NCBI GenBank assembly: GCA_964019425.1
Contig: OZ025799.1
Coordinates: 868,001 to 932,000, forward strand
Reading direction: 5' to 3'
DNA length: 64,000 bases
Source of the DNA: Flectonema sp. DT1601
Lineage: Eukaryota
Part shown: in pieces, positions 40,899 to 53,163 of the stretch
How the letters are laid out: the number at the start of each line of letters is the position of its first letter
Numbering within the stretch: position 1 is the stretch's first letter
Notes under the pieces: generated by a model
Told to the model about the DNA's origin: nothing
The model's database searches: none
The model's input: only the letters and a program-made list of their open reading frames with translations
Position numbers and translations under genes: made by a program

Positions 40899-41919
40899 CA
40901 GACAACAAGAAACACTTTTGATATTGTTATTTTAGTTAGGTTGGATAACAATAACAGAAGCGTGAGGTAATGAAATGTTCTTTATTTATTTTATATTTTT
41001 TTTTTCCTTCTTTTCTCTCACAAACAAGAACAACCAAGAACAGCCATCAGTCACACAGCAGCGATAACCTTCAGAGAAAGTTTGCTGTTTTGTTATGTGA
41101 ACTCAACTACCGAACAAAAACAAGTACAAGCATGGCAAACAATGAACCTGAATGGAAATGGAAAGCTTCAGCAAATACAGAAGAGGGGAAAAAAGAATCG
41201 GCCAACAGCACGATTTACCTGATTGTTTTCCAGTACACTTTTCTGTTTTTTAGTCGATCGTAACTAAACAGATCGTCGATACCAATTTCTTGCTACCGAA
41301 ACCGTAAAACATAAAGAAAGATGTAAAAAAAAGAAAAAAGAAAAAAAAAATGAACGAAATCGCAACACAGTGAAACTGTGAAAGTAAAAAAGCTTAATAA
41401 AATGGGTCTTGTTGAGATGCGATAATGATGTTTTTTTTTTTTTTTTTTTTTTTTCCCCTCTTTTAAAGTGATTTGCAGCATCACTCTCTTTGAAACTCTA
41501 ATGTTTTTTTTTTTTTTTTAAATCTTCTTTTTTTTTTTTTTTTTTTCCCTTACGTTTCTTCTGATTTTTTAACTTAACTGAACATAAAAAACAAAATAAT
41601 AAAATTGAAAAAAAGTGATCAAAAAAAAAAGAAAACCATTGGCGGCAATCGTATATTACAACTGCTGTTGAACGATCTGGAGGCAAATAAAACGATAGTA
41701 GAGGATCCACTTCGTTAGGAATACAAGAAGCAAATGTCCTGCAAAACCCAAAGAGACAATTGCGGACGTGATGAAGGTCATAAAAATTTCAGCTCAACCG
41801 ACTATTGCGTGCCGGATTAAAAAGAAAAAAAAAAATAATGAGGTCAAGAAACAATTTTACTTGACATCCATTTTGAATGGGTATTTAACAACAGGTACAG
41901 CTCACTGAGTAGAAGACTA

Positions 41920-44260
41920 CTACTTTGGAGTAAATTCAGGTACGACATGAGCAACACTTTGCTGCCATTCAATAGTTTGTCCAAGCTCTGCAAAATCAAC
42001 TCTTGCGAAGATGCATCGATTCTTGATTTGGAGGAGAGCTTCACCCATACAACCACCATCATGAGCTGGTCGTGGTTCAATACGAGAACCAATATACTTA
42101 AATGTGTTATTACCAACCGCTCCTGTGTAAGTCATACTACACAATTGAGATTGCTGAACATACTGTCGAATGCCGAGTCTGATAAGACGAGTTCGCGGAC
42201 GTAATTTGTTAGTCCCATCAGAAGTATCTAATAATATCATCGCCTCATCAGGAGGCAACTCCGGTTGAAATATCTGAAAACGATGACCAAAATTAACACA
42301 AAGAGTGAATGTTTTATTAACACTTCTACCACACACTCTTCTAGCCAATAAGAAAGGAGGATGAGTGTCATACGCCTCCATCAGTAAAAGACCTGTTTGA
42401 GTACCAGTAAGACCTGGATAGACTGCTCCCTTATCAATGGCTAAGAAATGATGAAATGTTAAAACAGTTGAACGACCAATTATATCGTCGATCCACATTC
42501 CTGTTTGTTCATAAAGAGAAGGGCAGTCAGGGCATGTGTCTCTGATGTCGTCGAGAAGAGCTGCGGTACCAACAACATCAAACTGATGAAGTCCTGCGAA
42601 AGGTGTGAAAATATCTGCTCGACCTGCAGCATGTCGCATGCATCTACAGAAGGCTCCATCACCACCTTCATGACTACAGATTCCTTTCATTAACCAATCT
42701 CTTGTAGCATTTTCAGGACTTCCTGGATATTTATCTAACCAGACTCTACCAGCATAGTTCGATATCAGAACTCCTCCTCCACCGAATGCCATATTCCCGT
42801 GAAAGAATTGTTTTATTTTCCACTCTGACCCTCCACCGAGATACCAAATTTGTGAATATGGACTGTTTTATGTATTTTATATATATTTTTATTCACATTT
42901 AAAAAAAAAAAAGCAAACAGTAACAATTGTTAAGTAAAGAAATAAATACATACTCATCTATGTACGATAGTGCCCAAATAAGATGATTAGAGAAAACCAT
43001 CGTGTCGTCATCTGTCATGAAATAGAAGGCCGTGTCACGGTGGCTGTTTTTTTGATAGTTGTTTGTATCCATAAGAAAAGAAAAAAAAAACAATACCAAA
43101 AAAAAAAAAAAACAAGCATCAAAAACATACGTTTGAAATGTCCAGTGTAATGCAAGATTAACTCTAATAGCAATGGGTGCGATACCCCCAGGAGTAGAAC
43201 CAAATGGACCAACTAACCAATCAGTCATAGGATACGATGTATCTATTTCTTCTGTAAAACAATCAAGTGTAATTACTACTCGTTTCCAAGGACCGAGAGC
43301 TGCTCTAAGTCTGTCAAATAACCATCTTTTAAGAAGAGACTTCCTCGCTCCAATTGTACGAACTGAAGAAACAGCAACGACACAAGCATCATGTGCTTTA
43401 TGATGATATGGACCAAGTTCGTTGCTTGTTGGCATGGTAAAATCTGAATCCGTTGCTGAGCAACATCCTTTGTGATCTCTTGAACATTCTTCTCCTTCTT
43501 CAAATACTTGTGGAACAACATCAAGAGTCCCTTGAAGGATTGGAGGTGACAACATGTGAACAGACATCGGAAGTGTTCTCTCTTTCACACGATTTCCACC
43601 AGCAGCAAACACCCAAGACGCGTCTAACCTAAAACCAGATCTATCATCCTGAGTCTCCAATACGAGAATGTTATTTTTATTTGCTATGAATCTTCCTTTA
43701 AAATCCGCAGCTTCCAATGCAAAGAATCCATTAAAAAACCAATCTACGTGACGGATGAAAGATGCACTTCTCTTGTACCACTCATCATCACCCTCGGCAG
43801 TTACCTGAATGTCACAACCAGTATATGTTACGTAATGAGGTTTCTTCTCCATACACGATAATAGTGATATCGTGCCAGTGCCCCATAACCCGGGTACGAT
43901 TTTTAGTTGAAGGGCATCGCCTTCACCTATTTTTACTTCTGCGTTCATTGGACCCCGAAGCCACTCTACTTGAGAACATGCATGTCCCTGCATCGCATAG
44001 CAAACATCAGCCTTCATTTCTGTTGTTCTCCCTGGAAGGTCATCACCATCAGTTAGGGATACTCGCCCTTGTGATTCTTTCTTTCCACTACGCTGATCAT
44101 CATGAGACCCAAATGCTTCTTTTCGTAATAACAAGAATATCAGTATAGCAATGACAGCCAGTAAGAATGGTGTCTTCATTTGGCTCTTATAGCCACCCTC
44201 CATCCCTCTTATTGTGATGCTTAACGGTGAAAGTAATTTAAAATTTAAAATGGAAATCAT
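41920..44260 (-). CDS. Type II membrane glycosyltransferase, AbfB/CBM42-like domain + fringe/DUF604 (GT31-like) domain, paralog 1, about 720 aa; exons 44260..43131, 43043..42954, 42862..41920
   Basis: N-terminal TM FLLAVIAILIFLLL; CBM42-like LKIVPGLWGTGTISLLS..FALEAADFKGRFI..GFRLDASW; catalytic FYFMTDDDT, WYLGGGSE, MAFGGGGVLIS, GLHQFD, TFHH. Introns 43044..43130 and 42863..42953 restore the frame. The true start may be the downstream MEGGY. Confidence 0.85.
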
Positions 44261-45987
44261 TTCATAATTCGGAGATAAAACTTCAAGCCAGTCTTATTTC
44301 GCATCATCATCATCATCATCATCATTGCTGGATAATTTTTCAAAGAAAAACCAGAAGAAGAAACAAAAGCAATTGAAGAAGGGGAAAAAAAAGGAAAAAA
44401 AAGAGAAAAAAAAACATAGTAGATTTTTTTTCACCAGCAAACTGCGGCCTGGTCGAAAAATAAGTTTCGACCACATGCTCTTTTTTTTTTTTTTTTTTTT
44501 TTTTTCCCCCTTTTTTTCTTTTCTTTTTTTCCTCTTCATTTCGCTGCAATTCTGAAAGAACGTGCACGTACACAGCAAAAAAAAAAAGAACCGTACTCGG
44601 TTCTGCATATCAAGCACAAAAGAAAAAGCAAAGCAAATTCGATTCTCCTTTTACACCCCATTGAAGTTTTTAAAGGCGATTGTCTGTATTACTAAGGACA
44701 TTTATATATTGTTAAAAATAAGAACTAACAATCTTTTTGAGGTGGATGACTATTTCCACGTCAATTGGCTATTTCAGTTGTTGTTTTTTTTTTTTAATAG
44801 GTTGTCAACGCGATGACGGGTTCTAACATGAATACAACGATATTCACAATAATCTTACTGTTTTCGTGTGATTGATTGCTGAGTGCAAAATCAAAAAAAG
44901 TTGCCTACCAATAATGCCTACTATCTTTTTTTGTTTTTTTAAAAAAATAATTTTTTATTTTTTTTTTAGATTGTTATTACCAATGTTACAAACAGCAAAA
45001 AATAATAATAAAATTAAAAAAAAAAAAGAAAAGGGGGGTTATTCAAGCACCAGAACACACCGTCATTGCTTGCTGCCAGAAAGAAGTGAGATTTTGCTTC
45101 TCTAAAGAAGCATTAAAGGGGAAGGAAAAAAAAAAAAAAAATTAAAAACGGAGATGCCGTTGCTAGCGGGAGGATAATTGTTTTTGAGTATATTGTAAGA
45201 TTATATAAATATAATAATATTATGGATTGCATCAAAACAGTCGGTTAATTAAACACGGTAATTGTGATAGCAGTGACTTCAGAGACTTTTGGCAGACACA
45301 ATAGCGGAAGGGTGTTTTGTTGATGAGAAAAAAAAAACTGGGAGTGAAAGAAAAACCACACATTTTTTTTTTTTTTTTCGAAAAGCCACGAAGAGCACAC
45401 ACATAGCTAGAGCAATGCGGTAGTGTCTTGATGCTGTTTCAATTTGAGACAAGAAGGAACAAACTACTAATAATTAAGAAGAAAAACACAACAGCTTGAT
45501 GTACCAATGCGGCTAGCATCTGCAAAAGAGATCCAGTCCGGTGATGCACGTGGCTTGGTAGTCTTACTTAATTCTATTTTCTTTCTTTTTTTTTTTTTTT
45601 TTTTTCTTTTTTTAAAAATTGCACCGAACGTTCTCAAGTCAATTACGCATACCAACTACAGGGTATCGTCGTACGGAAAATCCTCAACAAAATACACAAA
45701 AAAAAAAAAAAAAAAAAGGGCAAAATAAAGAAGATGCGAAGAATGATCGAAAACACAACAGAGTAATAACTAATGAAAACCAGTCACAAGGAGGTTCTGC
45801 TTCTACATGCCTGGAACGACTACGGGAATAATGGATTTTATCTACAAAATGCGATGCCATCCAAATTTAATAAAAAGTATAGATTACCTTTGAGGGCTTC
45901 TCCCAGAGAAAACTAATGCTACACTTTCTCGTACGAAAAAAAAAAAAAGAAAAAAAGAAAAAAAAACAGAGAGAAAATATGTGTATT

Positions 45988-46642
45988 AATTGGGGGGATG
46001 CTTAAGTTGACATAATTCAACTCGAAACAGTTTAATTATTATCGAGCGGGGATTCCGGCGCCGAGCGCGAAGCGCGAGGGGTCGGCATCACCACGAGATG
46101 ATAATTATGTGTTGAGAGTTAGACATTATGTCAACTTCCGCCCAATTTTATATTTAATGCCATAAATTAGAATTAGGACTGTGCACATTTCATCACGAGA
46201 ACCGCTGCTGATTTCTTCCATTTCACTATTGCCCTCCCCCCATAATTACACTCACGGGCTCAATAATTTTACGTTTGAAAGAAGCGTGAAATTAGGACTC
46301 ATAATGCCACTGAGGTCATAATCACACTCTTACTGATGCCCATTATTCACATCCATTAAATTATCCTCCCGGAAAACTTAAAATCACCCCCAACATAATT
46401 GCCATTATGTCAAAATCACCCGGATTATTACAGGTCAATAACTACATCGCCACAGCCATTTTAAACCAAAAACAGAAAATCATAATTTTACTGCTGTATT
46501 AGATTTGGTCTTAACTTCACACTTTTGTGATAATTTCGATTTGCCAGCCATCGGCCTTGTGTACGGAATGTAATTATCGGGTTATTTCTACTCCGCGAGT
46601 GATGAAATGTGCACAGAAATAATTCGTTTATGGCATTAAATA
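45988..46642. mobile_element. Putative non-autonomous DNA element with a 160-bp terminal palindrome and an internal inverted-repeat pair (Crypton/Helentron-like architecture)
   Basis: Hairpin arms aattggg..aagttgacataat (45988-46016) and attatgtcaactt..cccaatt (46125-46147) are centred on GCGC-GAA-GCGC (46065-46075). A second inverted repeat pairs 46151-46196 with 46599-46642. Confidence 0.6.
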
Positions 46643-48558
46643 AATAAATAAACCTTTTTCAAACAAGAAAACAAGAAATTTTCCATTTTTTGGATAATCT
46701 CTCTACGGTTCATTGTTTTCTTTCCCATCTTTGATTTTGATATTTTTATTTTTTCTTTTTTTTTTTTTTGGTTGCCGTAATCCGGATGATTCGTGCTCAC
46801 AACGTGATCAACTAGTACTGAGAAACTAAGAACCTAATTATTAAGTAATTCAGTCACATCGCACTTAGTATAGCGTTAGCACAGAGGACACGGACAGGAA
46901 AGTGACTTGAACTCGTTAACTCAATAGGTGTGCGTTAATACAAGGCATGTTTGAGGTTGTAAGCAAACACCCACAAGTACTATTCAACGCAAAACACCAT
47001 GTGACCTTTAACACACAACGACCAGGGAAAGTTCTCAGACAGGAAAGCTTCCGCACGTGATGCAGCATGAACAAAAACAAACGAACTTGTACACCAGCGG
47101 GGGGGGAAATCAGCCGCCCTATTCGCTTGAAGATCAAGCGGCTATTTCTGGCTTAAGCAGAAGAGGAGGAATGGGGAGGGAAATTTACTTTATAACGTAA
47201 TTAAATATAAAGCAACTTGAAACCGGCTAAAACTAATTTAGGGCTCGGCCAAACCTGATTGCCGTGTAAAAGACCCACAGTTGGTATCGATAAAATCTTA
47301 TATGTGCTGTCGAATATGGGGATTCAGAGGTCACATACAGGTTGCTATGCCTTATAGCCCGTTTCAGATACTAAGTTATAATTATCTATTTGAAAACAAA
47401 CAAATTCAAAACAGATATCAAAGAGGGAGGGGGAAGGGGAAGGGGAAGAAAGTAAAAGGCTCATTAACCAACAGCGACAAGTAATAAAAAGAGTCGATTA
47501 AAACTATTATTATGCGACAGGCCTGGGTCGTCAGCTGCTGCTCAGACAAAACAACAACAACGAAATCTTCATCTTAGCTGCCACCACACCTAACTTGTTG
47601 AACTATCAATTATTAGTAACGTGTAGGGTACCTCAAACGAAATTAAAATTAAAAAAAAAAAAAAAAAAAAAAAAAGGAAGAACTCAGTTGATTGAGAGAG
47701 GAGAAACAGTACTGCACACTCATCTGGTCGTAGGAAGTCACGTTGCATAAAGCGACGGCATGACAACCTTCGTTTTCACACAAAATATCGGGTTGCGGTA
47801 CCTAATGTCAACTATTGTTCTGTTATTTCATAAAAAAAATGTAATGATCGGGAAAGGCGAAGAACTACAAAACTATTTGCTGCAGTATTCGAGTGCAAGC
47901 AAAAAAAAAAAAAAAAAAAAAAGATCTCGAAGACCTAAAAAGGAGGGGGAAAAGAACAGGACAACAAAGAAAGACCAGATTTCTGGTTTTCATTTTCGAG
48001 TCCAATCTGGATTATTCCGTCGGCTGCAGACAAAAACCAACATCAATAATGATCTTAATGTAAGCATGTAAATAACTTGTTTAACATATGTTCTTTTTTT
48101 TTTTTTTTTTTTGAAAACATACAGAACCTATGTAAAGTCTATTTTTATTCATGCATGTGGTTACTTTCTTCTACATTTCTCTTATTCTTTGCACAGTGGC
48201 TGGAAATCCTAATGGCTGTAACAGGCTAGGACTTACATCTTGTTGATCATAAGCAGCTATATGGATATGATGAAATAACTACAATGAACCGAAATACTTC
48301 TCCGACTTTGTTGGTCGAAGAGAAAAAAGAAAAAGGGGGGGGGAGAAGAGAAAAATCGGCTAATACTTTTCGAAATAAGGCTCTTGTTAGAAAATGAGTT
48401 AGTATTAAAGTAGTGCCACCAAATCAAGATTAAAAAAAATGGAGGAAAAAAAAATGCAATTGTTCTGTTGTTTAATCTGGAGAACACGCAGTTTTCAGGC
48501 CTTTAATTTTATACTACTTTTCCCTCATCGCCTTCATCAGTGTTCTGAGAAATCCGTC

Positions 48559-48800
48559 TTAGTTAGTTAGTTAGTTAGTTAGCAAGTCCATCAGACCACC
48601 GAGTATCGGTTAGGTAGACACTCAAAGAGTACCGGGTGGCTCTTCTGAGGGTCCCCAATACTGCGGCAGTAGGAAGAACCTAATCCCGGGGGATTATTTT
48701 GTTAGTATCAGCACAGGGCATACTAGATCAGGAGACCTAGAAACACTTTGCTTCCACCTTGTCCGGTATACTAGCAGGAAACCACGCAATTTAGTAAACA
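48559..48800 (-). repeat. (CTAA)6-tailed repeat, probable 3' end of the adjacent non-LTR element
   Basis: (ttag)6 at 48559-48582 is followed by unique sequence shared with 24091, 40847 and 62993. It has the same orientation as the RNase H ORF and lies just downstream of it. Confidence 0.65.
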
Positions 48801-48984
48801 AAAAAAAAAAAAAAAAAAAAAAAAAAAACAAAAAAAAAAAAAAAAAAAAAAAAAAACTAGTTCTAATCTGAAACACTAAATAAACTTGATATTATGATGA
48901 AAAAATAAAACAAAATAAAATAATATAAGATAACATAAAATAAAATAGATGAATTTAATAACTCAGTAAACACAGTTGATGATT

Positions 48985-50130
48985 TCAGGGATTAATTTTG
49001 AATAGTATATCTATGTAACTCCGAGTCGGAGGACCTCGCACCTTGTAGTCGAACCACTTCCGTTCTATCCGCTCATAGTTGGCGTAGTGGATCTTATTGA
49101 GCAGATCAGTAAATTGAGTCTTTTCTATACCATTATAGCAGAAAAGCTCAACTGTCCACAGAAAATTGTGTATTTCCTCGATCACCGTGTGATTGTAGGC
49201 ATTATCGATGGCTTGTAAGACTTCGAGCTTATCTCGAGAAGTGAGTTTCGGAAGGTTAGAGAATTTAACAAGATGCCTCAATAACCACTGTCTCGGCAGG
49301 GCCGCACGCAGCGGAAAGCTCTGCAGGTAGCTCTCCAGGTCCTTCAGCATTGCAGCTAGTTTCGGCTGATTCTCTGTGGCAAAGAACGTATGGTGGTGTT
49401 GTCCGTCATTTGTCGGGTCATCGCATTGCGGGATGTCCGGGAAGAATTGCTGCACTATGATCCTCGCGCCATTACATCTCGAGAGAAGGTGATGTGCGTC
49501 TGTGTCGGTGTGATTACAGAATCGACAGTCAGTAAGACCCAAGGCAGGGAGCTTTACCAGTTCGTGATGACCCGTTCTCACTCGGGCTATAATAATCTCG
49601 TCACTTCTTAAAAGGTCCTGATGGAACTTCTGTACCCTACCAGACGATGTTGCCAAGTTGTGGACGTGTCGCGTATCTCGGGAGCGAAGCCATGCTTTTC
49701 TGACTTGGTTCACAATTGAACATTGAGCCATTCGGTAGTCAAAGGGAACCTCCGTGAGCGGTATCTCAGATGACGCAGCTTTGGAAGCCAGGCTATCAGC
49801 TAACTCATTTCCAATAACACCACAATGAGAAGGTACAAACTGCATCGTAAACGGGCGATTCAGGGTGGAAATCTGGCTGAGAATCTCGTGGTTGGTGCGC
49901 GAATGCTGGCAGAGGTACCCCTTGGCCAAGCTACTCAGCGATGACTGGCTGTCGGATATGATGTGTATCCTGCCGTTCGGTAGTTGTGGCGAATTATCGC
50001 GGACGATATCCAGAGCCGAGATCAAAGCCCTCTGTTCTGCGTTGTAAATCATCAGAGAGGGGTTATAGCGCTGTAGCTTCGTGTAACATTTATTTCGGAA
50101 AACCAAGAAGATAGCCGATTCTTTTGATGG
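48985..50130 (-). mobile_element. 5'-truncated non-LTR retrotransposon (Ingi/I-group-like): RNase H plus C-terminal Cys/His motif
   Basis: YNAEQRAL..IHIISDSQSSL..QFVPSHCGVIGNELADSLA is an RNase HI of non-LTR type; IARVRTGH..CRFC..DAHHLLSRC follows. The first RNase H Asp motif and the RT are missing, the upstream part of the ORF is a poly-T artefact, and the segment is visibly GC-richer than its flanks. Confidence 0.85.
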
Positions 50131-50133
50131 GGG

Positions 50134-50169
<36 letters not shown>

Positions 50170-50659
50170 GAAGTCGGTCAGCCTACCACATAACGTAGTA
50201 ATCCTCGTCATTCAGCAACACAGCTGCTCTGGTGATTTGACGAGAACAGAAACGAACAAAGAAAAATTAGAAATTCATTATTCCTTTTTTTTTTTTTTTT
50301 TTTCAAACGAGAATAGATATGAGTCTTGAGAAGCTGTGTAGTTCCACCATAATCTAGTGAAAGCCAAAAAATTTCTAAAAACCAAAAAATAATAAAAATA
50401 ATCATAACAGACACAAAGAATTGGTTTTAAACCTAAATGTTACAAAAGTTTGTACCAACTGAAACTGAGGAAGCTAAACAAGGTTTACATTGCTCTTTAA
50501 CAACTAGGTATCAAGTAGTTATCGTTTCAGCAATATTTCTGCTTATTTCTTTTTTTTTTTTTTAAACGTCGATCTTGTCGTAAGATACCTGTGATTTCGT
50601 CGATTTCCTTTTTTTTTTTTTTTTTTTTTTTTTTTGTTAAATCTTTTTTTCCTTTTCAG

Positions 50660-50692
<33 letters not shown>

Positions 50693-50705
50693 ATCTCTCG
50701 GAATT

Positions 50706-53007
50706 TTATGGCACGTTTAACGGTAAGATGTCAGCAAGCCCTTGACGCCACACAACTTGTTCACCTAGTTCTTTGTAGTCGATGATTACAATCATTTGTT
50801 GACCAACAATTCTCATTTTGGCAGTGCCATGACAACCTCCGTCGTGCGAAGGTCTCGGCTCAATACGAGAGCCAGTGTATCGATATACGAACTTACTTTC
50901 ACCGGAACCCGCACTGGCATTTCCAGTGGCACCGGAATAACTCATACTACACATTTGAGACGCTAAAATGTTCATTCGAATCGAAAGATTAACTAACCGA
51001 GTTCGTGGACGGACTGTTGAGGTTCCGTCAGAAGTTTTTAATAGGACAAGCGCGTCTTCTGGAGTAACGGATTTTTTAAAAATTTGAATCCGATGACCAA
51101 AATTAACACAAAGAGTGAACGTGTTATTACTACTTCTACCACACACTCTTCTAGCCAATAAGAAAGGAGGATGAGTGTCATACGCCTCCATCAGTAAAAG
51201 ACCTGTTTGCATCCCGCTGAGACCTGGATAGACTGCTCCTTTATCAATAGCAAGGATATGATGAAATGTTAAAACAGTTGAACGACCAATTATATCGTCG
51301 ATCCACATTCCTGTTTGTTCATAAAGAGAAGGACAGTCAGGGCATGTGTCTCTGATGTCGTCGAGAAGAGCTGCGGTACCAACAACATCAAACTGATGAA
51401 AACCATTAAAAGGTGTGAAAATATCTGATCGACCTGCAGCATGTCGCAAGCATCTACAGAAGGCGCCATCACCACCTTCATGACTACAGATTCCTTTCAT
51501 TAACCAATCTCTTGTAGCATCTTCAGGTGTTCCACGAAACCTATTTATCCAAACCCTGCCAGCATGATTTGATATCAGAACCCCTCCTCCACCGAATGCC
51601 ATATTCCCGTGAAAGAATTGTTTTATTTTCCATTCTGATCCTCCACCAACGTACCAAATCTTATTGTAAGGACTGTTTTTGTGTTTTTTTGTTTTTCAAT
51701 TGTTTTGACGATGTATTACTACCAAAAAAGAACCCTCCCCCTCGGGGCAATGTATGGGGCCCCAATAATACACTGAATGGTAGTATAAAAATAAATAATA
51801 ATAACATACTCATTAAGATGCGTCAACGCCCACGTAATGTGATCAGAGAATACTAAAGTGTCGTCGTCAACCATGAAATAGAATGCAGTGTCTCGGTGGC
51901 TGTTTATTATTCAGTTATTTTTCAAAAAAAAAAAATAATAAAGAACAAGTTTGTATATTGTACACACGTTTTAAAGGTCCAGTGAAGTGCTAAATTGACC
52001 CGAACAGCAATTTGATTTACTCCACCTAATCCCCCAGATGCTGCTGGTCCAACCAACCAGTCAGTTTGAGGATATGACGTGTCTACTTCAGCAGTGTAAC
52101 AATCAAGAGAGATAACTGCCCTTTTCCAAGGTCCTAGGTTCTTTCGAATTCGGTCAAAAAGCCATCTTTTTAGAAGTCCCTTACGGGCAGAGATGGTCCT
52201 TAAGGATGATATCACCATCACAGTTACTTCATAACCTCTGAATGGACCCAACTCATTAGTTGTTGGGGCTACAAAATCTGTTTCTGTTACTGAACAACAT
52301 CCTTTATGCTCTCTTGAACATTCTCCTTTATCGTCATCGAAGTATTGTGGGACTGTAACACCCTCAGTTAAAGGATCATTCAAAACATGAACAGCTGACG
52401 GTATTAAAGTATCTGTTATATTCATACCGTTCGATGGTGCTGGTAGAAATGCCCATGATGAGTCGGTTCTAAAGTTTTGACGGCTATCTTCAGGTTCTAA
52501 GGCAATGAAGCCTTCCCTTTGCGAAATAAACCGACCGACATGATCTGCAGCTTCTAATGAAAAGAATCCATCATAATATGAGTTCATGTGGCGATGAAAA
52601 CTCGCTGATCGACGAAACCACTCAGCTCCTCGAGCTGGTGCACTGCTTAGGATCAAATCACAACCATCGGGGGAGCTTACATAAATCTGTTCACTACCTG
52701 ATGAACATTCTAATAGAGATACGGTGCCTTCACCCCAAATCCCGGGTACAATCCGTAGACGAAGGGGCTCTCCTGTTTTTATTCTCACCGTTTTATTTTC
52801 ACCTGGTGTCCACACAGATCTGGCACAGTGATGTCCTTGAATAAGAAAACAAAACTCACTATTCATATCTCCTGAAGTTGTGGTATCATCATTACTGGTG
52901 TTTCGGGATTTTTCCATTTTTGTCATCCCCAACTGCATTCGCATCATGTAGCTCAGGTATCCTATGTGGACCATTATTACCACGGATACAATTGCCCTGG
53001 CTCTCAT
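50706..53007 (-). CDS. AbfB/CBM42-like + fringe/DUF604 (GT31-like) glycosyltransferase, paralog 2, about 698 aa; exons 53007..51968, 51899..51810, 51672..50706
   Basis: Same motifs as paralog 1 (LRIVPGIWGEGTVSLLE, FYFMVDDDT, MAFGGGGVLIS). Introns 51900..51967 and 51673..51809 sit at the same protein positions, with a 90-nt middle exon. Confidence 0.85.
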
Positions 53008-53163
53008 TTTAACCGCCGCCCCCTTCTGTGTGTGAATTAAGTAACTTAATAGAATATTGAAAAAAAAAAACGGAAATATTTTAAAATAATCAGCATTCTG
53101 TTTTCACAAAAAACAGTTGAATAGACATGGATACAATAAGTTCACTACGTTAGACTAACTACG

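Noticed and set aside
43044..43130. FFFFLVLFFFSFL stretch read as a second TM helix in glycosyltransferase paralog 1
   Set aside because: It lies in an 87-nt in-frame intron at the same position as a frame-breaking intron in paralog 2.
48559..48582. (TTAG)6 as an interstitial telomere
   Set aside because: It is not TTAGGG, and it is better explained as the tail of a dispersed repeat.
50131..50211. N-terminus MTRITTL..FFFFF of the 408-aa ORF as a real start (domesticated RNase H gene)
   Set aside because: It runs through a poly-T tract and the first catalytic Asp motif is missing; a truncated retroelement is simpler.
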